Shown in pieces: positions 27,362-40,824 of a DNA stretch of 64,000 nucleotides. Source of the DNA: Octopus vulgaris (Eukaryota); contig OX597821.1 in assembly GCA_951406725.2 (NCBI GenBank), forward strand, positions 116,436,001 to 116,500,000. The letters run 5' to 3'. The translations under genes and the position numbers were made by a program. The notes under the pieces were generated by a model that did no database searches, was not told where the DNA came from, and saw nothing but the letters and a program-made list of their open reading frames with translations. The number at the start of each line of letters is the position of its first letter. Position 1 is the first letter of the stretch.

Positions 27362-27435
27362 TTAAGAGTAGTTAGTGACTGAAAGTGTGGTGAGTGGTAG
27401 AATTGCTTCCACAATATTATTTGATGGTTTCCCTA

Positions 27436-28230
27436 AGGTGGCAAGCTGGCAGAAATGTTAGCATGCAGGACGAAATGCTTAGCAGCATCTCGTCTGTCTT
27501 TATGTTCTGAGTTCAAATTCTGCCGAGGTCGACTTTGCCTTTCATCTGTTCGGGGTCGATAAATTAAGTACCAGTTGCATACTGGAGTCGCTCTAATTGA
27601 CTGGACCCCTCTCCAAAAATTTCGGGCCTTGTGCCTAGAGTAGGAAAGAGTATTTTATGGCTTCCCTTTATATTTTGAGTTCAAATTCTGCTAGAGTCAG
27701 CTTTGATGGGGTCAAGCAAATAAGTACAAGTCACGTGCTGAGTCAATCAAAAGTTTCTTGGCTTTGTGTCTTTGTTCCAAATCCTCCTTATCATCATCAA
27801 AGGTGGTGAGCTGGCAGACTCATCAGTGCATCAAACAAAATGCTAAGTGGTATTTATTTCAGTTCTATGCATTCTAAACTCAAATCCTGCTAATGGGCTT
27901 GATAGAATAAGTACCAGTTGAGTACTAGGGTTGGTATAATGGACTAGCTCCCTCCTCTCAAATTCTAGGCCTTGTGCTTATAGTAGAAGGAATTATTTAT
28001 TATTATCATTGAAGGTGGTGGGTGGGCTGACCCATCAGTGCATCAAACAAAATGCTTTATGCTATTTATTTCAGTTTTTGTAGTCTAACCTCAAATTTCA
28101 TCAAGGCCAACCTTGCATTTCATCCTTTTGGGGTCAATAAAATAAAATACCAGTTTAATACTGGTGTCAATGTAATCAACCAATTCCCACTTCTAATGTT
28201 GTTGGTTTTTTGCCAAAATTTGAAACAATT
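27436..28230 (+). mobile_element. Cluster of about four SINE family A copies (one young, others decayed)
   Basis: Repeated GGTGGCAAGCTGGCAGA/GGTGGTGAGCTGGCAGA heads and cores. Confidence 0.8.
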
Positions 28231-29171
28231 ATTATTATCCTCATCTTCATAATCTTATTTTGCTATCCAAACTATTTTATATAATTAATAATTATTTATC
28301 TTATTCTGTTTTAATATAATTTAAAACCAATGTAAAATGTTAAATTTTTAATGAGACATTTAAAAACTAAATGCAAGTACAAACAATACTAATCTTGCAT
28401 GATTTATTTCTCGACACCCATGCAATGAATGCAGTCTACTCCCAGGTTTGAATATGTTTCTCAGATCTATCAATAGATTATTGCTATCATAATTTTATTT
28501 TGGAAAAAAAAAAAAACTATGCCAGCCTTTGTGAATATTATTGATTTATGTTGTTTATCTAATCAATACTGAAAAAAGTACAAGTTTCAGTATGAAAAGC
28601 TGTGCAGCAACTAGAAAATGCTCAGTTAGATTTGGATAAATGCCTTATATATAAATGTAGGGAAAGAAGAAAAAATGCCAAATAATATTAAAAAAATACC
28701 GTAAACATTGCAGAATTTTATTACTCTCAATTAATTTGTAAACAGCTCTATGAACATTCCTTCCTGAATATGAAATATATGTGTACATGTGTGTATGTAT
28801 GTATGTACATAAATATATGTGCATGTATGTGTGCGTGTATGTGTGTGTGTATTTGATATTTGTTATTTCAGACAGGCCCTGTGCTTTTAGGGATGTGGAA
28901 AATAGTTTAATCCTATTGATTGGTCTCATAACTTTCTCTTTTGTGTTTCTGTTTACATTGTGCACATTGTGCCTCAATTAGGTTTGTGGCATTATCGTTA
29001 TTGGTAACAATGTTAAAACCCCAAATGACAAATAAAAGTTTACAAGTAAAAATTCTTATCCAAGAATGTGTATACTCATAGGGGAATATTATGTCTGAAG
29101 ATTATACTGAGTGAAATATAGTGTAATATAATCAATATTGTATCATCTTTATTGTTGTTGTTGCAAATATG

Positions 29172-29965
29172 ATGGCAAGCTGGCAGAATTTTTAGAGCAT
29201 CGGAGAACATGCCTTGTGGTATTTCTTCTGGCTCTTTACATTCTGACTTCAAATCCTGCTGAGGTCAGTTTTGCTTTCATCCTCTCAGAGCTGATGAAAT
29301 AGGGTACCAGTCATGTAGTGGAATTTTATTGTATCAATTAAACCCACTCCCTTTAAAATTATTGGCCTTGTGCTTAAATTATCAAATCACTAGTTGGCCC
29401 CGTGCCGTCAAAAGTGATGGCTAATTCTAGTATTCTATATATAAATATGGATGGTAAATCAAATTAATACACTTGTCATTGTTCACATACATTCTCATAC
29501 TTCCCTTGTACACGCACACACATACACACATGCACTCATACAGAGTTGAAACTGATCTTTCTTTTCAGCATTGAATGTTCACCATCCCACCAGTTTGCCA
29601 TCACCCATTCCTTCCTTATTCATCTATCACCCCTTCCTTTCCCATTCATATGTTGTGACAGAAAAATGCAAGAGTATTATTATAGTAGATTATTAAAGTG
29701 ATTTCCAAGGCAGCAAGCTGGAGAATTGTTAGTACACCAGACAGAATGCTTAGAGGTATTTTGTCCATCCTTATATTCTGAGTTCAAATTCTGCCAAGTC
29801 CTCTTTTGCCTTTCATCCTTTCAGGGTCAGTAAAATAAATACCTGTCAAACACTGGGGTTGATGTAATCAACTCCCAGTTTCAGACCTTGTGCCTATACT
29901 TAAACACTGAGGTCAATGTAATCTCTCACTAATTTCAGGCCTTGTGCCTATAGTAAAAAGCATTA
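29172..29965 (+). mobile_element. Two SINE family A copies flanking a Helitron-like insert
   Basis: Heads at about 29172 and 29708, each followed by the core motif. Confidence 0.75.
29389..29690 (+). mobile_element. Possible non-autonomous Helitron/Helentron-like element
   Basis: Starts ACTAG..CCCG with a subterminal hairpin GCCGTCA-AAAG-TGATGGC, has an internal (CA)-rich stretch and ends TTATAGTAGAT|T. Confidence 0.45.
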
Positions 29966-32867
29966 TTATGATAATGATTTTCATTTCCCTTTTTATTCAA
30001 ATTCTGCTGACAGACTTTTCATCCATAATTTTCTATATCAAAACTTGAGTCAGTGATTATATTTCTAATTGACTTATCTTAAAATTTATCTTTGCTATAG
30101 TTGTATCAATATCTTTAAAAAAAAATGTGGCAAGGTAAGCTCCCACTGAGCAGTTTCAGGTGGTATGGACATTATACAGCCTTATTTCCCCTTTTACTCA
30201 TAAATCTGAGGTCTTTTGCCAATGTAAATATAAACATTTTCAATGAAGTTTATGTTAAAATGGTGATGACAGTGAAATAGAGAAAGAGAATGACATAAAC
30301 AATCACAGGGAAGAGGCTGACTGTAAAGTTGCTAACAACAATAATGGGCGAACCTCTCTATCATCATCTGACCTGCTAAAAGTAGCAGTGGTATCTCTCT
30401 AAAACCACACCACACCACACCATTTTGTTTTTTCATAAAAAGTCTACATTGAACATTGCAGTCTGGAGTACACTCTACTAAAGAAAGAAAAAAAAAACAG
30501 AAGAGAGACAAGATGATTATAATTGAAGTACCTGTGATCATAGGTTACTCATCCTGGACTGACAAGGGCTAAACAACAACAAACCATTAAATTAAGTGGA
30601 ATGGTTGCTAATATTTCCTGATAGCCTTAAGCTTTTCTATGAATCCTTAAATAAAATGCCATTTCATATTTCTCTAAAACATTTTGTTAATTAATAGTAT
30701 AGTGGCAAATACTTATCACAGCTAAAAATTTCAATTACTGGAAGCTGCAAACTTTAATACTACAGAAAAGGAAAGGAGTTTCTCTTGGAATCTAATACTG
30801 TAACTAACACTATTTCTTACGTATTTATTGAAATTTTTGTTCTTAGAACACGGTATACAGTGGCAAGCTAGCAGAATCATTACTGCACCAGACAAAATAC
30901 TCAGTAGTGTTTCTTCCAGTTCTTTATGTCTAAATATTGCTAAGGACGATTTTGCTTTTTATCCTTTTGAGTTTGATGAAATAAGAACCAATTGAGCACT
31001 GGGGGGCAATGTAATCGTGTTCCCCCTCCTCTCAAAACTGCTGGCCTTTTGCCAAAATTAGTAAAAACTAGAACACTATATTTTTAGCTGGTATATTTAG
31101 TTTTATTGCAACATGACAATTATAAAACCACAACAATTTTAAATGTCTTTTTTTCATCTTGACAGTAATAATTATGTTATACAATTTAATATGATGTGGC
31201 GAGCATTGTATTTTTAGTAGCTTAATGTTATTTTCTGCAATTTATCGCTGACATTAATTGTCCAATTCTTAAAAGTAAAATTATTTATTTTTCTGAATTT
31301 TGTATATCATTATCTTGTCCTTTACCCAGTTAGTATGCAAACAAATAAGAGATAAAAGCAAAAGGATTCAGACAGACCAATAAACAGATAATCAGGATCA
31401 ATGCATTTATTCACTGCTTATGCTATTGATTATTCATCTTCCTCAATGTACCATGAGTTCAAAAACTATTATTAATTCCATTCTATATCTACCAATAGCA
31501 TAATGTCCAAATAATTACAATTGGCTTACTCTGAGATAAAAAGAAAATATCCTTATACATATAATACTTTTGTTAAGATGCTCTTACTCAATCTCTTTGT
31601 TAAATTTGGATCACAGATCTATTACACTGTTGTCGTCGCCATCGTCATCATCATCATCATCATCATCATCATCGTCGTCGTCGTCATCATCATCATCATC
31701 ATCCCCAAGCCTGAGCATTACTGTCTCATGTCCTAGGACTCCAAGATTACAACATTTCCTTTCAACAAGACCCCAGTCCATTGCAAGGTTAATCATTCAC
31801 AGCTGAGTGGATTGAAACAACATGAAATGGAAGTGTTTCGCTCATATACAATGCATCATCTAGTCTGGAAATAGAAACCATGATCTTGTGATCAGGAGTG
31901 CAACACCCTAACCACTTGGCCTCAATCTTTCACTATTACATTATGGTCGTTTCTTTTTCATCTTGCTTTTACAATCTTTGTTTCATTACTGATTAGCATC
32001 ACCCTTCTGATGAATGCAAAGGTGTTCCTTTTTTTTACACATATATATGTTTTTTTCCATTTTGTGTGAAGATAGTTGTGTTTCTATGTTTCTTTTGCTC
32101 TATGTGCTAAAAAAAAAAGACAATGTTTCTTCAACATTTTTCATTCACTTCAAAAACATCAACAATGATTTATGCAAAAATTTGTTTGTTTCCAACCCAA
32201 ATTTGTCTACCATCAGAATAATCCTGTTAGATCCTTGCTATTTACATTATCCACTCTACATGTTATCAATAATGATTTTATTGCCCTTATAGGTGGTCAG
32301 AACTTGATAACTGGTTATCATGGATTACCAGCTTTCTTTATTGTTTGGTTTTAAGGAAGTAATAAATCATAAAGCCTCTAGTTTTAGACTTTCTGCAACT
32401 GAAAGTCATCTGCTTTCCTGGCCTTCCTTTCTTTATTGTTGTCTTCAGTTGCATTTCAGGTTGACTGAGATATGTTGACAACTCTCACAAATTCTTTCAT
32501 ATTGTGACAGAAAAGAGATTATGTTTTTATCCTACAAGTGCCAGCTGCAATTAGGGAAGCTTGAAGATAATGAACAGAATGTATTTGACAGACACATGGC
32601 ACAAGTGAATTCAAAGATACCATATTTGGGAATACAATGCTAGTAATAAAATTATCATTCACGAATCACTAACTTCTGTGGTTGAACCCTTGTGTTTCAT
32701 TGAGCTAACCTTTTCTCTTTTTCTTCTACTCATATTTCTTATTACTGGTTTACAATTTGTCCTTATGATACATTTTCCACATAACATTACTGATTTTTCT
32801 CAAATGATATTTTAAATATTTATTTTTAAAATGTATTATATGAAATTAATACAAAGACTATATAATA

Positions 32868-33052
32868 CAGGAGTGGACAAAATCAGGTATACAGTTACAT
32901 AATATAAGTGGAATGTTCTCTTCATTTCTCTATTTCTTTTTTGGAATAAGAATTCTATGGTTCTATGTTGTTTTTAACTAATTCTTTCTATGATAAAATA
33001 ATTATTAGTAATTATAACTTTTATAACTGCATGCCTACTTTTCTCCCACCCT
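32868..33052. mobile_element. Tc1/mariner-type MITE
   Basis: Imperfect TIRs of about 30 bp, TA|CAGGAGTGGACAAAATCAGGTATACAGTT and AACTGCATGCCTACTTTTCTCCCACCCTA|TA. Confidence 0.7.
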
Positions 33053-33181
33053 ATATATAATACATATCATTTAGCTTACATGTCATTTTAGATGGTAAAT
33101 ATATTCCCTTTAGACTGAGATTTATACAAAGCTAACCATTTGAAATTCAATGTTTTGTAAATGTAATCTTTCCTCTTACAG

Positions 33182-33411
33182 CATGCTACAGCTGGAGCAC
33201 CTCAGCCTTACCGACAAGTCCTCCTCCAGCAGTACACCCACAGCTTCACCAAAGTCAGCACCAGTAACACCCACACATGACACTACTAATGGAGTTGATG
33301 TGGGCTATCGAGATGGTAACCAACGCAGCTTCTTTGAAGGGTTGCTTGGGTGTCTGCGTCCTGTGTGGACAATTATCGGGAAGGCAGCCGCTGCTGAATT
33401 TAAACAGCAAG
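33182..33411 (+). CDS. MAP3K13: DLK/LZK exon, N-terminal region (MLQLEHLSL...[19 protein letters not shown]...QQ)
   Basis: cttacag|C acceptor, G|gtatgc donor. Encodes the DLK/LZK-conserved motif [17 protein letters not shown]. Confidence 0.95.
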
Positions 33412-34803
33412 GTATGCAACATTTCATATTTCCTTTTCTTTATTTCAATTATATTTTACAAAAGTTTTGAGTTCTTTTTGCTTTCTCCATCCAAACTATT
33501 CTAAACTGCAATGAAAAACAAAACAAAAAAAATAATAAAATTTGAGTAAGTTTTAGTTTAAAGGCCAAGGAGCTGAATAATACAAAGGAGGAGAGATGAG
33601 TCAAGAGTGGATGTGGAACAAATTCAGATGTGATCTAAATATGTTGTGTAGTTTGCAAACTTTGTTTTATACATGTGGCCTGGCCCTCTGTTGGTTATGA
33701 TGATGAGCATTCCAGTTGATACAATCAACCAAACAACCTGCTTGTGGAATTAACATGCAAATGGCTGAGCACTACACAGACATGCATACCCTTAACATAG
33801 TTCTCAGGGAGATTCAGTGTGACACAGAATGTGACAAGGCTGGTCCTTTTGAATTACAGGTTCTGTTCATTTTTGCCAGCCAAGTGACATATACACATAC
33901 ACATATACCTATATGTGTGTGTGTGTGCATATGGGCTTTTTCCAGTTTCCTTTTGTCAAATACCCTCGTAAGGCATAGGTTGGTCCAGGATATAAGAGGA
34001 GACATTGCATAAGGTGCTATGCAATGGGAATGAACCTGAAACCACATGGTTGAAAAGTGTGGCTTCACAGTTGAGACCAAACAACCTTGTTTGTGCTCAT
34101 ACATACATATACATACACATGTATAAATTTCTGTATCTGATGCAAAAGTTATGATAATCTTTCCTTTATTACTTGATGCAAACCACTGTTCAAATAAATA
34201 AACAAAAGGCAATATCAATATTTCCATAAGATCTTTTTACAGTACTTATTAAAACATTTCTTCATAAAATTTAATTTAACAAATTCATTTTAACTGCTTA
34301 TTGAACCATTTCATAATATCAAGAACTAATGGAAATAATTTTAGTCTAAAAATCTTCTTAAGAAACTTTAATTTGATTTGTAAGTCATTACAGTTTAATT
34401 AAGTTGTAACGTAAATTAAATTATGGAAGTCCATTTTCAGTCATTTATAAACAAAAAGGAATTATAGAAAAGGATGTTAATTCAAGCTAAAATAATTAGA
34501 TTCATCTAAAACTCAAGTCAGATGCTTTTTTTTTTTAAATTAAAAGGGAGATCATTTTAGTACTGATAACTAATATAATAGCATTCCATACCAAAGAAAA
34601 CAAATGCATTCAGAGATATCCATAATACTGTAAGTTCAGATGTTAGCACTTTGTTTTTTGGTGTAGGTTTCATATACTTGAACAAAATACAAAATGTTTC
34701 AAGAGTTTGGTAAAAGTGTATATTCACTAAACAAACAAAAACTCCACACAATGGATAATGTGTCATACAAAAGAAGTTACAAAGTGTGTGTGGATGTACA
34801 TAT

Positions 34804-35205
34804 AGCACAGGAGTGGCTGTGTGGTAAGTAGCGTGCTTACGAACCACATTCTTCCGAGTTCAGTCCCACTGCATGGCACCTTGGGCAAGTGTCTTCTACT
34901 ATAGCCTCAGGCTGACCAAAGCCTTGTGAGTGGACTTGGTAGATGGAAACTGAAAGAAGCCCATCGTATATGTGTGTATATATATGTGTGTGTGTTTGTG
35001 TGTCTGTATTTGTCCTCCCAACATCGCTTGACAACTGATGCTGGTGTGTTTATATCCCCGTAACTTAGCAGTTCAGCAAAAGAGCCTGATAGAATAAGTA
35101 CTAGGCTTACAAAGAATAAGTCCTGGGGTTGATTTGCTCGACTAAAGGCGGTGCTCCAGCATGGCCACAGTCAAATGAATGAAACAAGTAAAAGAGTAAA
35201 AGAGT
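34804..35205 (+). mobile_element. SINE family B, near full length
   Basis: Head, CORE-like segment, internal (TG)n and a (gtaaaaga)n tail. Confidence 0.9.
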
Positions 35206-36064
35206 AATATATATAATTAACAGGGTGTGGATCCAAAAGCGTAATACAATATATTAAGATAGATTAAAGATTGATTTTCTTTTTTTCTTTCTTTTTTTTT
35301 GCATAAAATGAATACAAATCGATGTAAATAAGAACAAATCACCAATTCTGAAGTAAGGTAGGATCAGAGACCCCACAACTCTGACCACCTTCTTCAGTCA
35401 TCATTTGCAAACTCAGTTCTCTAAGATCGCTTCTGATCAGTTTTGGCTTTGACTGAACCTTGAAGTCTTTAGCTGATCCATCTAAGAGCTAGAACGTTCT
35501 CCTCAGTCAGAAATTACATCTTTAAGGGCTATCATTAGAGTAAGAAGGTTAGGGGTTTCCTTTTGGGTTACTGCTTTAGGTCCTTATATATTTTTCCAAA
35601 ATGCAGCTACTTCTCCTTACCCTCTCTTTTTATTCACAATGTTGGTGTATTTCATTTTGAATTACTGGAAAATTTTGATATTTTGAGTAAAAGAAAAACC
35701 GTTTTATTCAATACATTTGTTTTTGTTACAGTCATAATTTCAAAGGAAAAAAAATATTAAAATTTCTGACTTTAATGGTTATTTTTTTTAAAAACTTGAT
35801 TGGCCAAAACTGAGGTCTCCTATCAAATTTGGTAATGGTTAATGACACATAGTAGTGCCTAGAAGACTGCTGCAGTGTTTTTGTAAATGAGGTATGAAAT
35901 ATTTCATGAAGTCTGTGCATATAACCAGCTGCTTTGTAATGTGTATAGCAGATAACCTTATCAATAACCAATTTTTAAATCTGAGGATAGATGTCTCTTT
36001 GTGAGGATTTTCAGCTTCCTGCAAACCTTTTGTTTGGACTATTTTTTTTTAGTTCTCTTTCATA

Positions 36065-36452
36065 GGCATAGGAGTGGCTGTGTAGTAAGTAGCTTGCTTA
36101 CCAACCACGTGGTTCTGGGTTCAGTCCCACTGTGTGGCACCTTGGACAAGTGTTTTCTACTATAGCCTCGGGCTGACCAAAGCCTTGTGAGTGGATTTGG
36201 TAGATGGAAACTGAAAGAAGCCCGTCGTATATATGCTAATATATGTGTGTGTGTGTGTGTGTGTGTTTGTCTCCTCAATAACACTTGACAACCGATGCTG
36301 GTGTGTTTACATCCCCAGTATTTCAACAAAAGGGACCGATAGAGTAAGTACTAGACTTACAACGAATAAGTCCTGGGGTTGATTCGTTTGACTAGAGGCG
36401 GTGCTCCAGCATGGCCACAGTCAAATGACTGAAGCAAGTAAAAGAATAGAAG
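36065..36452 (+). mobile_element. SINE family B, near full length
   Basis: Collinear with 34804-35205. Confidence 0.9.
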
Positions 36453-36997
36453 AATTCCTCCAGTCTCCATCTCCCTCCTATTCATCTCAGACAATGGGGT
36501 GATATTGCTACTTGTAGCTTTGGGCCAGTCTTGTTCTGAAGGGAGAGACCTTTGGTTTCTTGGTCATTTCCAAAGCTATGAATGATGTTGCTTTGCAATC
36601 TTACTAGCTGCATACTGCTAGTATTTAGGAAGATAAAGTGCAACATTTTTTTTTTTTTTTTTCAGTGATAGTGTCTTTTTTGCAGTTGATAGAGACATGA
36701 TTGATATGATCCTACCGAAGCATATTCTTGAGTGTCTACCTACTAGTTAACACTCCTCTTTTTCTGTAACACTACTATGCATTTAATAGATTTTATTCTA
36801 TAATACTTCTCTGTTTGGTTCCTCTTTGACACTAGAAGAGCAATTCACCTTAAAGTTCAATTTTCAAGCAATATTTTACTAATAAAATTCTCATTTCTCT
36901 TGAAATAAATTAACAATACAGAATAAAAATAAATTGAAAGTTAAAAATTAATCAATATCAAAAACACATGTCATGTAATTTGAATTGTTTGTTTCAG

Positions 36998-37181
36998 ATG
37001 ACTGGGAAACTCCATTTGAGAATATCACTGATCTTCAGTGGCTTGGCAGTGGAGCCCAAGGGGCTGTGTTTTTGGGCAAACTCAATTCAGAAGAAGTTGC
37101 AGTTAAAAAAGTCAGAGATGTTAAAGAAACAGACATTAAAAATCTACGGAAATTAAATCATCCTAATATTATTTCGTTTAA
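36998..37181 (+). CDS. MAP3K13: DLK/LZK kinase subdomains I-IV ([25 protein letters not shown]...HPNIISFK)
   Basis: tttcag|AT acceptor, AA|gtaagt donor. Contains the Gly-rich loop and the catalytic Lys (VAVKK). Confidence 0.98.
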
Positions 37182-37841
37182 GTAAGTTTTTTCTCCTTTA
37201 CTCTTTCATAATTATATATTTTATTTATTTATTTTTAATTAAGCCTGGCCGCTTTGTTTTCTGTGTTATTATGAAGGATTGCTTAATTTTGCTTCTTGAA
37301 ATTTCTAAATGCATTGAAACTGTTTGGTCATTAATTTTGATTGGAGCCACATGACATTTGTGAAAGACATGAACATTGCAATTTTCCCCTCTCCTGTAAA
37401 CATGAATCTGTGTGTCTAAACTATGATAATTATGAAAAATTATTTTTAGTGTAACATATTAATAGCAGCATCAGCGCCAAGCAGTGATTAAAAATAAATA
37501 AACTTTTAGGTTAGTTAAAATATGTCTGTGGAATATTTTTGATTCTAAAGGTAACTTCTCTGTAGTTACTGTGGAGAAAAAAATTTCTCTCTTATGATAA
37601 AAGCTGTAAAAACACCTTATCTGCTCAGTGCTTCCATCTAACATATCCCTGATGGAATTTTCTGTCTTTTTAGCCTTAGTAAGTGGAAAATACTGAAGAG
37701 AGATAACCATTGGCAGATTCAGTGCTGTAGCTTTACCAGAAAGCATTTAACATTAGTGACTGAGTTGCACTAGTGGCCTGCCTGGATGGAATAAAAATAG
37801 GATCTCTCTCTCTCTCTCTCTGTATATATATATATATATAT

Positions 37842-38150
37842 ATGGCTCAGTGGTTAGAGCGTCGAGCTTACAATTGTGACGCTGTGAGTTTAATTCCTGG
37901 ACCAGGCTGCGTGTTGTGTTCTTGAAAAGACACTTTATTTCACGTTGCTCCAGTTGTGACATCACTCATGCCAAGCTGTATCAGCCTTTGCTTTTCCCTT
38001 GGATAACATTGGTGGCGTGGAGAGGGGGAGGCTGGTATGCATGGGCGACTGCTGGTCTTCCATAAAACAACCTTGCCCAGACTTGTACCTTGGAGGGTAA
38101 CTTTCTAGGTGCAATCCCATGGTCATTCATGAAAGAAGGGGGTCTCCTCA
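37842..38150 (+). mobile_element. tRNA-headed SINE (related heads at about 11520 +, 41205 +, 21670-21960 -, 31720-31935 -, 46880-47110 -)
   Basis: GGCTCAGTGGTTAGAGCGTC...GAGTTTAATTCC followed by gtgttcttgaaaagacacttt. Confidence 0.75.
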
Positions 38151-38834
38151 TGTATATATATATATACATATGTATGTGTATATATAGCTTGTCAGAATTT
38201 GTATACTTGAAGCTCTTTTGAAGGAGTTTATTTTACATTGATGACTTAAGAGCCAACCTAGAAAAGTGGCAAAGGATGAACAGCTCTATCAGTTCAAGAG
38301 AGCCCTACTTTATTATTTATAGTATGATAAAGATGGGAATGATGATTGGGATATTTCTTTATTTACCATAGACACACATACAATCAAGTAAAACCAACAT
38401 TGCAATGACAGAAACAAAATTTTACTATTGTAGTAAAACAAAATGGAATCATCAGCCAAGTTAATTTCAAGAACAAAATAAACAAGATTGTGATCTTTAT
38501 GAATGTCCCCAAGGATAAAAGAAGTTTAAGCAAAGACAAGCAGTTACAATTGTTAATTGAAACTATGTTGAGGAATCATTTCACTAAGAATTTATCACCT
38601 TTTCTAAAGAGCTTCCTCTCATAAAATACTATTTTGTTGTATATTCTAAAAGTAAACAATTTGGAGAAATTCTTTATCTCAAGAATGTCATTAAAACATT
38701 GTTACATTAAAAAAAAAGATGATTAATATTTTTGCAAATGTTTGAATTTTTTTATCAGCTCAAAAGATTTTGTTATTGTGATTTGATTTGATTTGTCTTA
38801 TTTATATATATATATATTTTATTTTTCATTACAG

Positions 38835-39026
38835 AGGGGTTTGTACCCAAGCACCATGTTTCTGTATTATAATGGAGTACTGTCCTTATGGGCAACTTTA
38901 TGAAATTCTACGTGATGGAAAAGAAATTCCTCCAGCACTTATATTAGATTGGTCTAAGCAAATTGCAAGTGGCATGAATTACCTTCATTCTCATAAAATC
39001 ATCCACAGAGATTTAAAGTCACCAAA
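38835..39026 (+). CDS. MAP3K13: DLK/LZK kinase subdomains V-VIb ([16 protein letters not shown]...HRDLKSPN)
   Basis: ttacag|A acceptor, AA|gtatgt donor. Contains the HRDLKS catalytic loop. Confidence 0.98.
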
Positions 39027-39164
39027 GTATGTTTAAATTAATAATTCTTTCAAATCTCTTTCTTTACTCCTTTACTTTACTCTTATATTTTTAAAATTTC
39101 ATCAAGATCTTCCAAATTTTACTTGTAACAACAGATACGGAACTTTTAAAATTATCCATCCATA

Positions 39165-39530
39165 GGTGCAAGTATGGCTGTGTGGTTAAAACGTTTGCTT
39201 TGCAACCACATGGTTTCAGGTTCAGTCCCATAGCTCCAAACCAACCAATGCTTTGTGAGTGAATTTGGTAGATGAAAACTGTGTGGAAGCCCATTATGTG
39301 TGTGTGTTGTGTACCTTTTTATCTATGTTTGCCCCATACACACGTACACACTCACTCTGCTTGGCAATTGGTGTTGGTTTGTTTATATCTCTGTAACTTA
39401 ATGGTTCAGCAGAAGAACCCAACTGATTAAGTACCAACATAAGGGGTGACTTCTTTGAATTAAAACCTTTCAAGGTTGTGCCCCAGAATGGCTGTAGTCC
39501 AATGACTGAAACAAGCAAAAGATAAAAGAT
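39165..39530 (+). mobile_element. SINE family B, diverged copy
   Basis: ggtgcaagtatggctgtgtggtt...ggatttggtagatg-like segment...gactgaaacaagcaaaaga. Confidence 0.8.
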
Positions 39531-39830
39531 AGAGCCCACAAACTATTTCATTAAAAAGTTCTTGATTGAAGACGTTTTCATTCTAAATCACATTTTCTGG
39601 AAATATATTCAGCTAGTTGAATTCTATTAATTCTATTAATTAAAATATTCAAATACAAAATATAAATACAAAAATATAAATAACTAGAATACAACCACTG
39701 AAATAATTTCTTTCAAAGTTTTGTTGATTCTTTTATCCTGTCATCAAATAAAATACACACATACTGAATAATTTTATTTTGATGGCTTTTATGCTTCTCT
39801 CAAAGAATAAGTTATTATTTGTATATTTAA

Positions 39831-40050
39831 TCCTTTAGCATTTAAGCTAACTATATCCAACCCAAATATTCTGCGTGTTTTATTTTCAACCTGACCAGAT
39901 CTAGCCTTTCACACCTTCCCTATAATGTCATCCTAAAAATAAACAACCACATCGTCGAAATCTCAAGGCTGTGAGATAATCTAGGATTAATTCAAAACAA
40001 TGTAAATGAATAAGCATTATGTTTGACAGGATAATCTGAATGTTAAAGGG
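39831..40050. mobile_element. piggyBac-type MITE
   Basis: TTAA on both sides (39827-30, 40051-54); TIRs TCCTTTAGCATT and AATGTTAAAGGG. Confidence 0.8.
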
Positions 40051-40168
40051 TTAAATTGAGGATAATTCATAAAAATAATTTAGAAATATTCTTGTTGCTT
40101 GTTCTTGATTATTTGAATTTGTCTGTTCTTCTCAAAGTAAATGTGTATATTTTATTTATTTATTTCAG

Positions 40169-40327
40169 TGTTCTTGTTGCAAAGAATGATGTTGTGAAAA
40201 TCTCAGATTTTGGAACCAGCCGAGAATGGAATGAGAAAAGTACAAAAATGTCCTTTGCAGGCACTGTTGCTTGGATGGCCCCTGAGGTTATAAGAAATGA
40301 GCCTTGTTCAGAGAAAGTTGATATTTG
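40169..40327 (+). CDS. MAP3K13: DLK/LZK kinase subdomains VII-IX ([15 protein letters not shown]...[18 protein letters not shown])
   Basis: tttcag|T acceptor, TG|gtgagt donor. Contains the DFG and APE motifs. Confidence 0.98.
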
Positions 40328-40773
40328 GTGAGTAGGTTTTGAAGTTGTGTAAATTTTGAATTAGTCATTGCACAACACTAATTAGGCTATTGTATACTTA
40401 AAAACATGCATACATACATATGTGTGTGTATATGTTTGTATATGTATGTATGTGTGTGTGTGTGTATATATATATAGACATATCATCATCGTCATCATCA
40501 TTTAATGTCCGCTTTCCATGCTGGCATGAGTTGAACGGTTTGATTGAGGGCTGGTGAGCCAGAAGGCTGCACTAGGCTCTAATCCAATCTGGCAATGATT
40601 TTACTGCTGGATGCGGGGCCAGTCAGGCAGTACTGTCATCATCTATGACAATGACTTCACTTGCATCAACAGATCTTCGCAAGTGCAGTTTATTGCCCAA
40701 TGATCGAAGCATGCTTTTAAATGGGCTGGTTATGCTGTACTGGCATAGGCTACGGTTACAGTCTCATACACAC

Positions 40774-40824
<51 letters not shown>

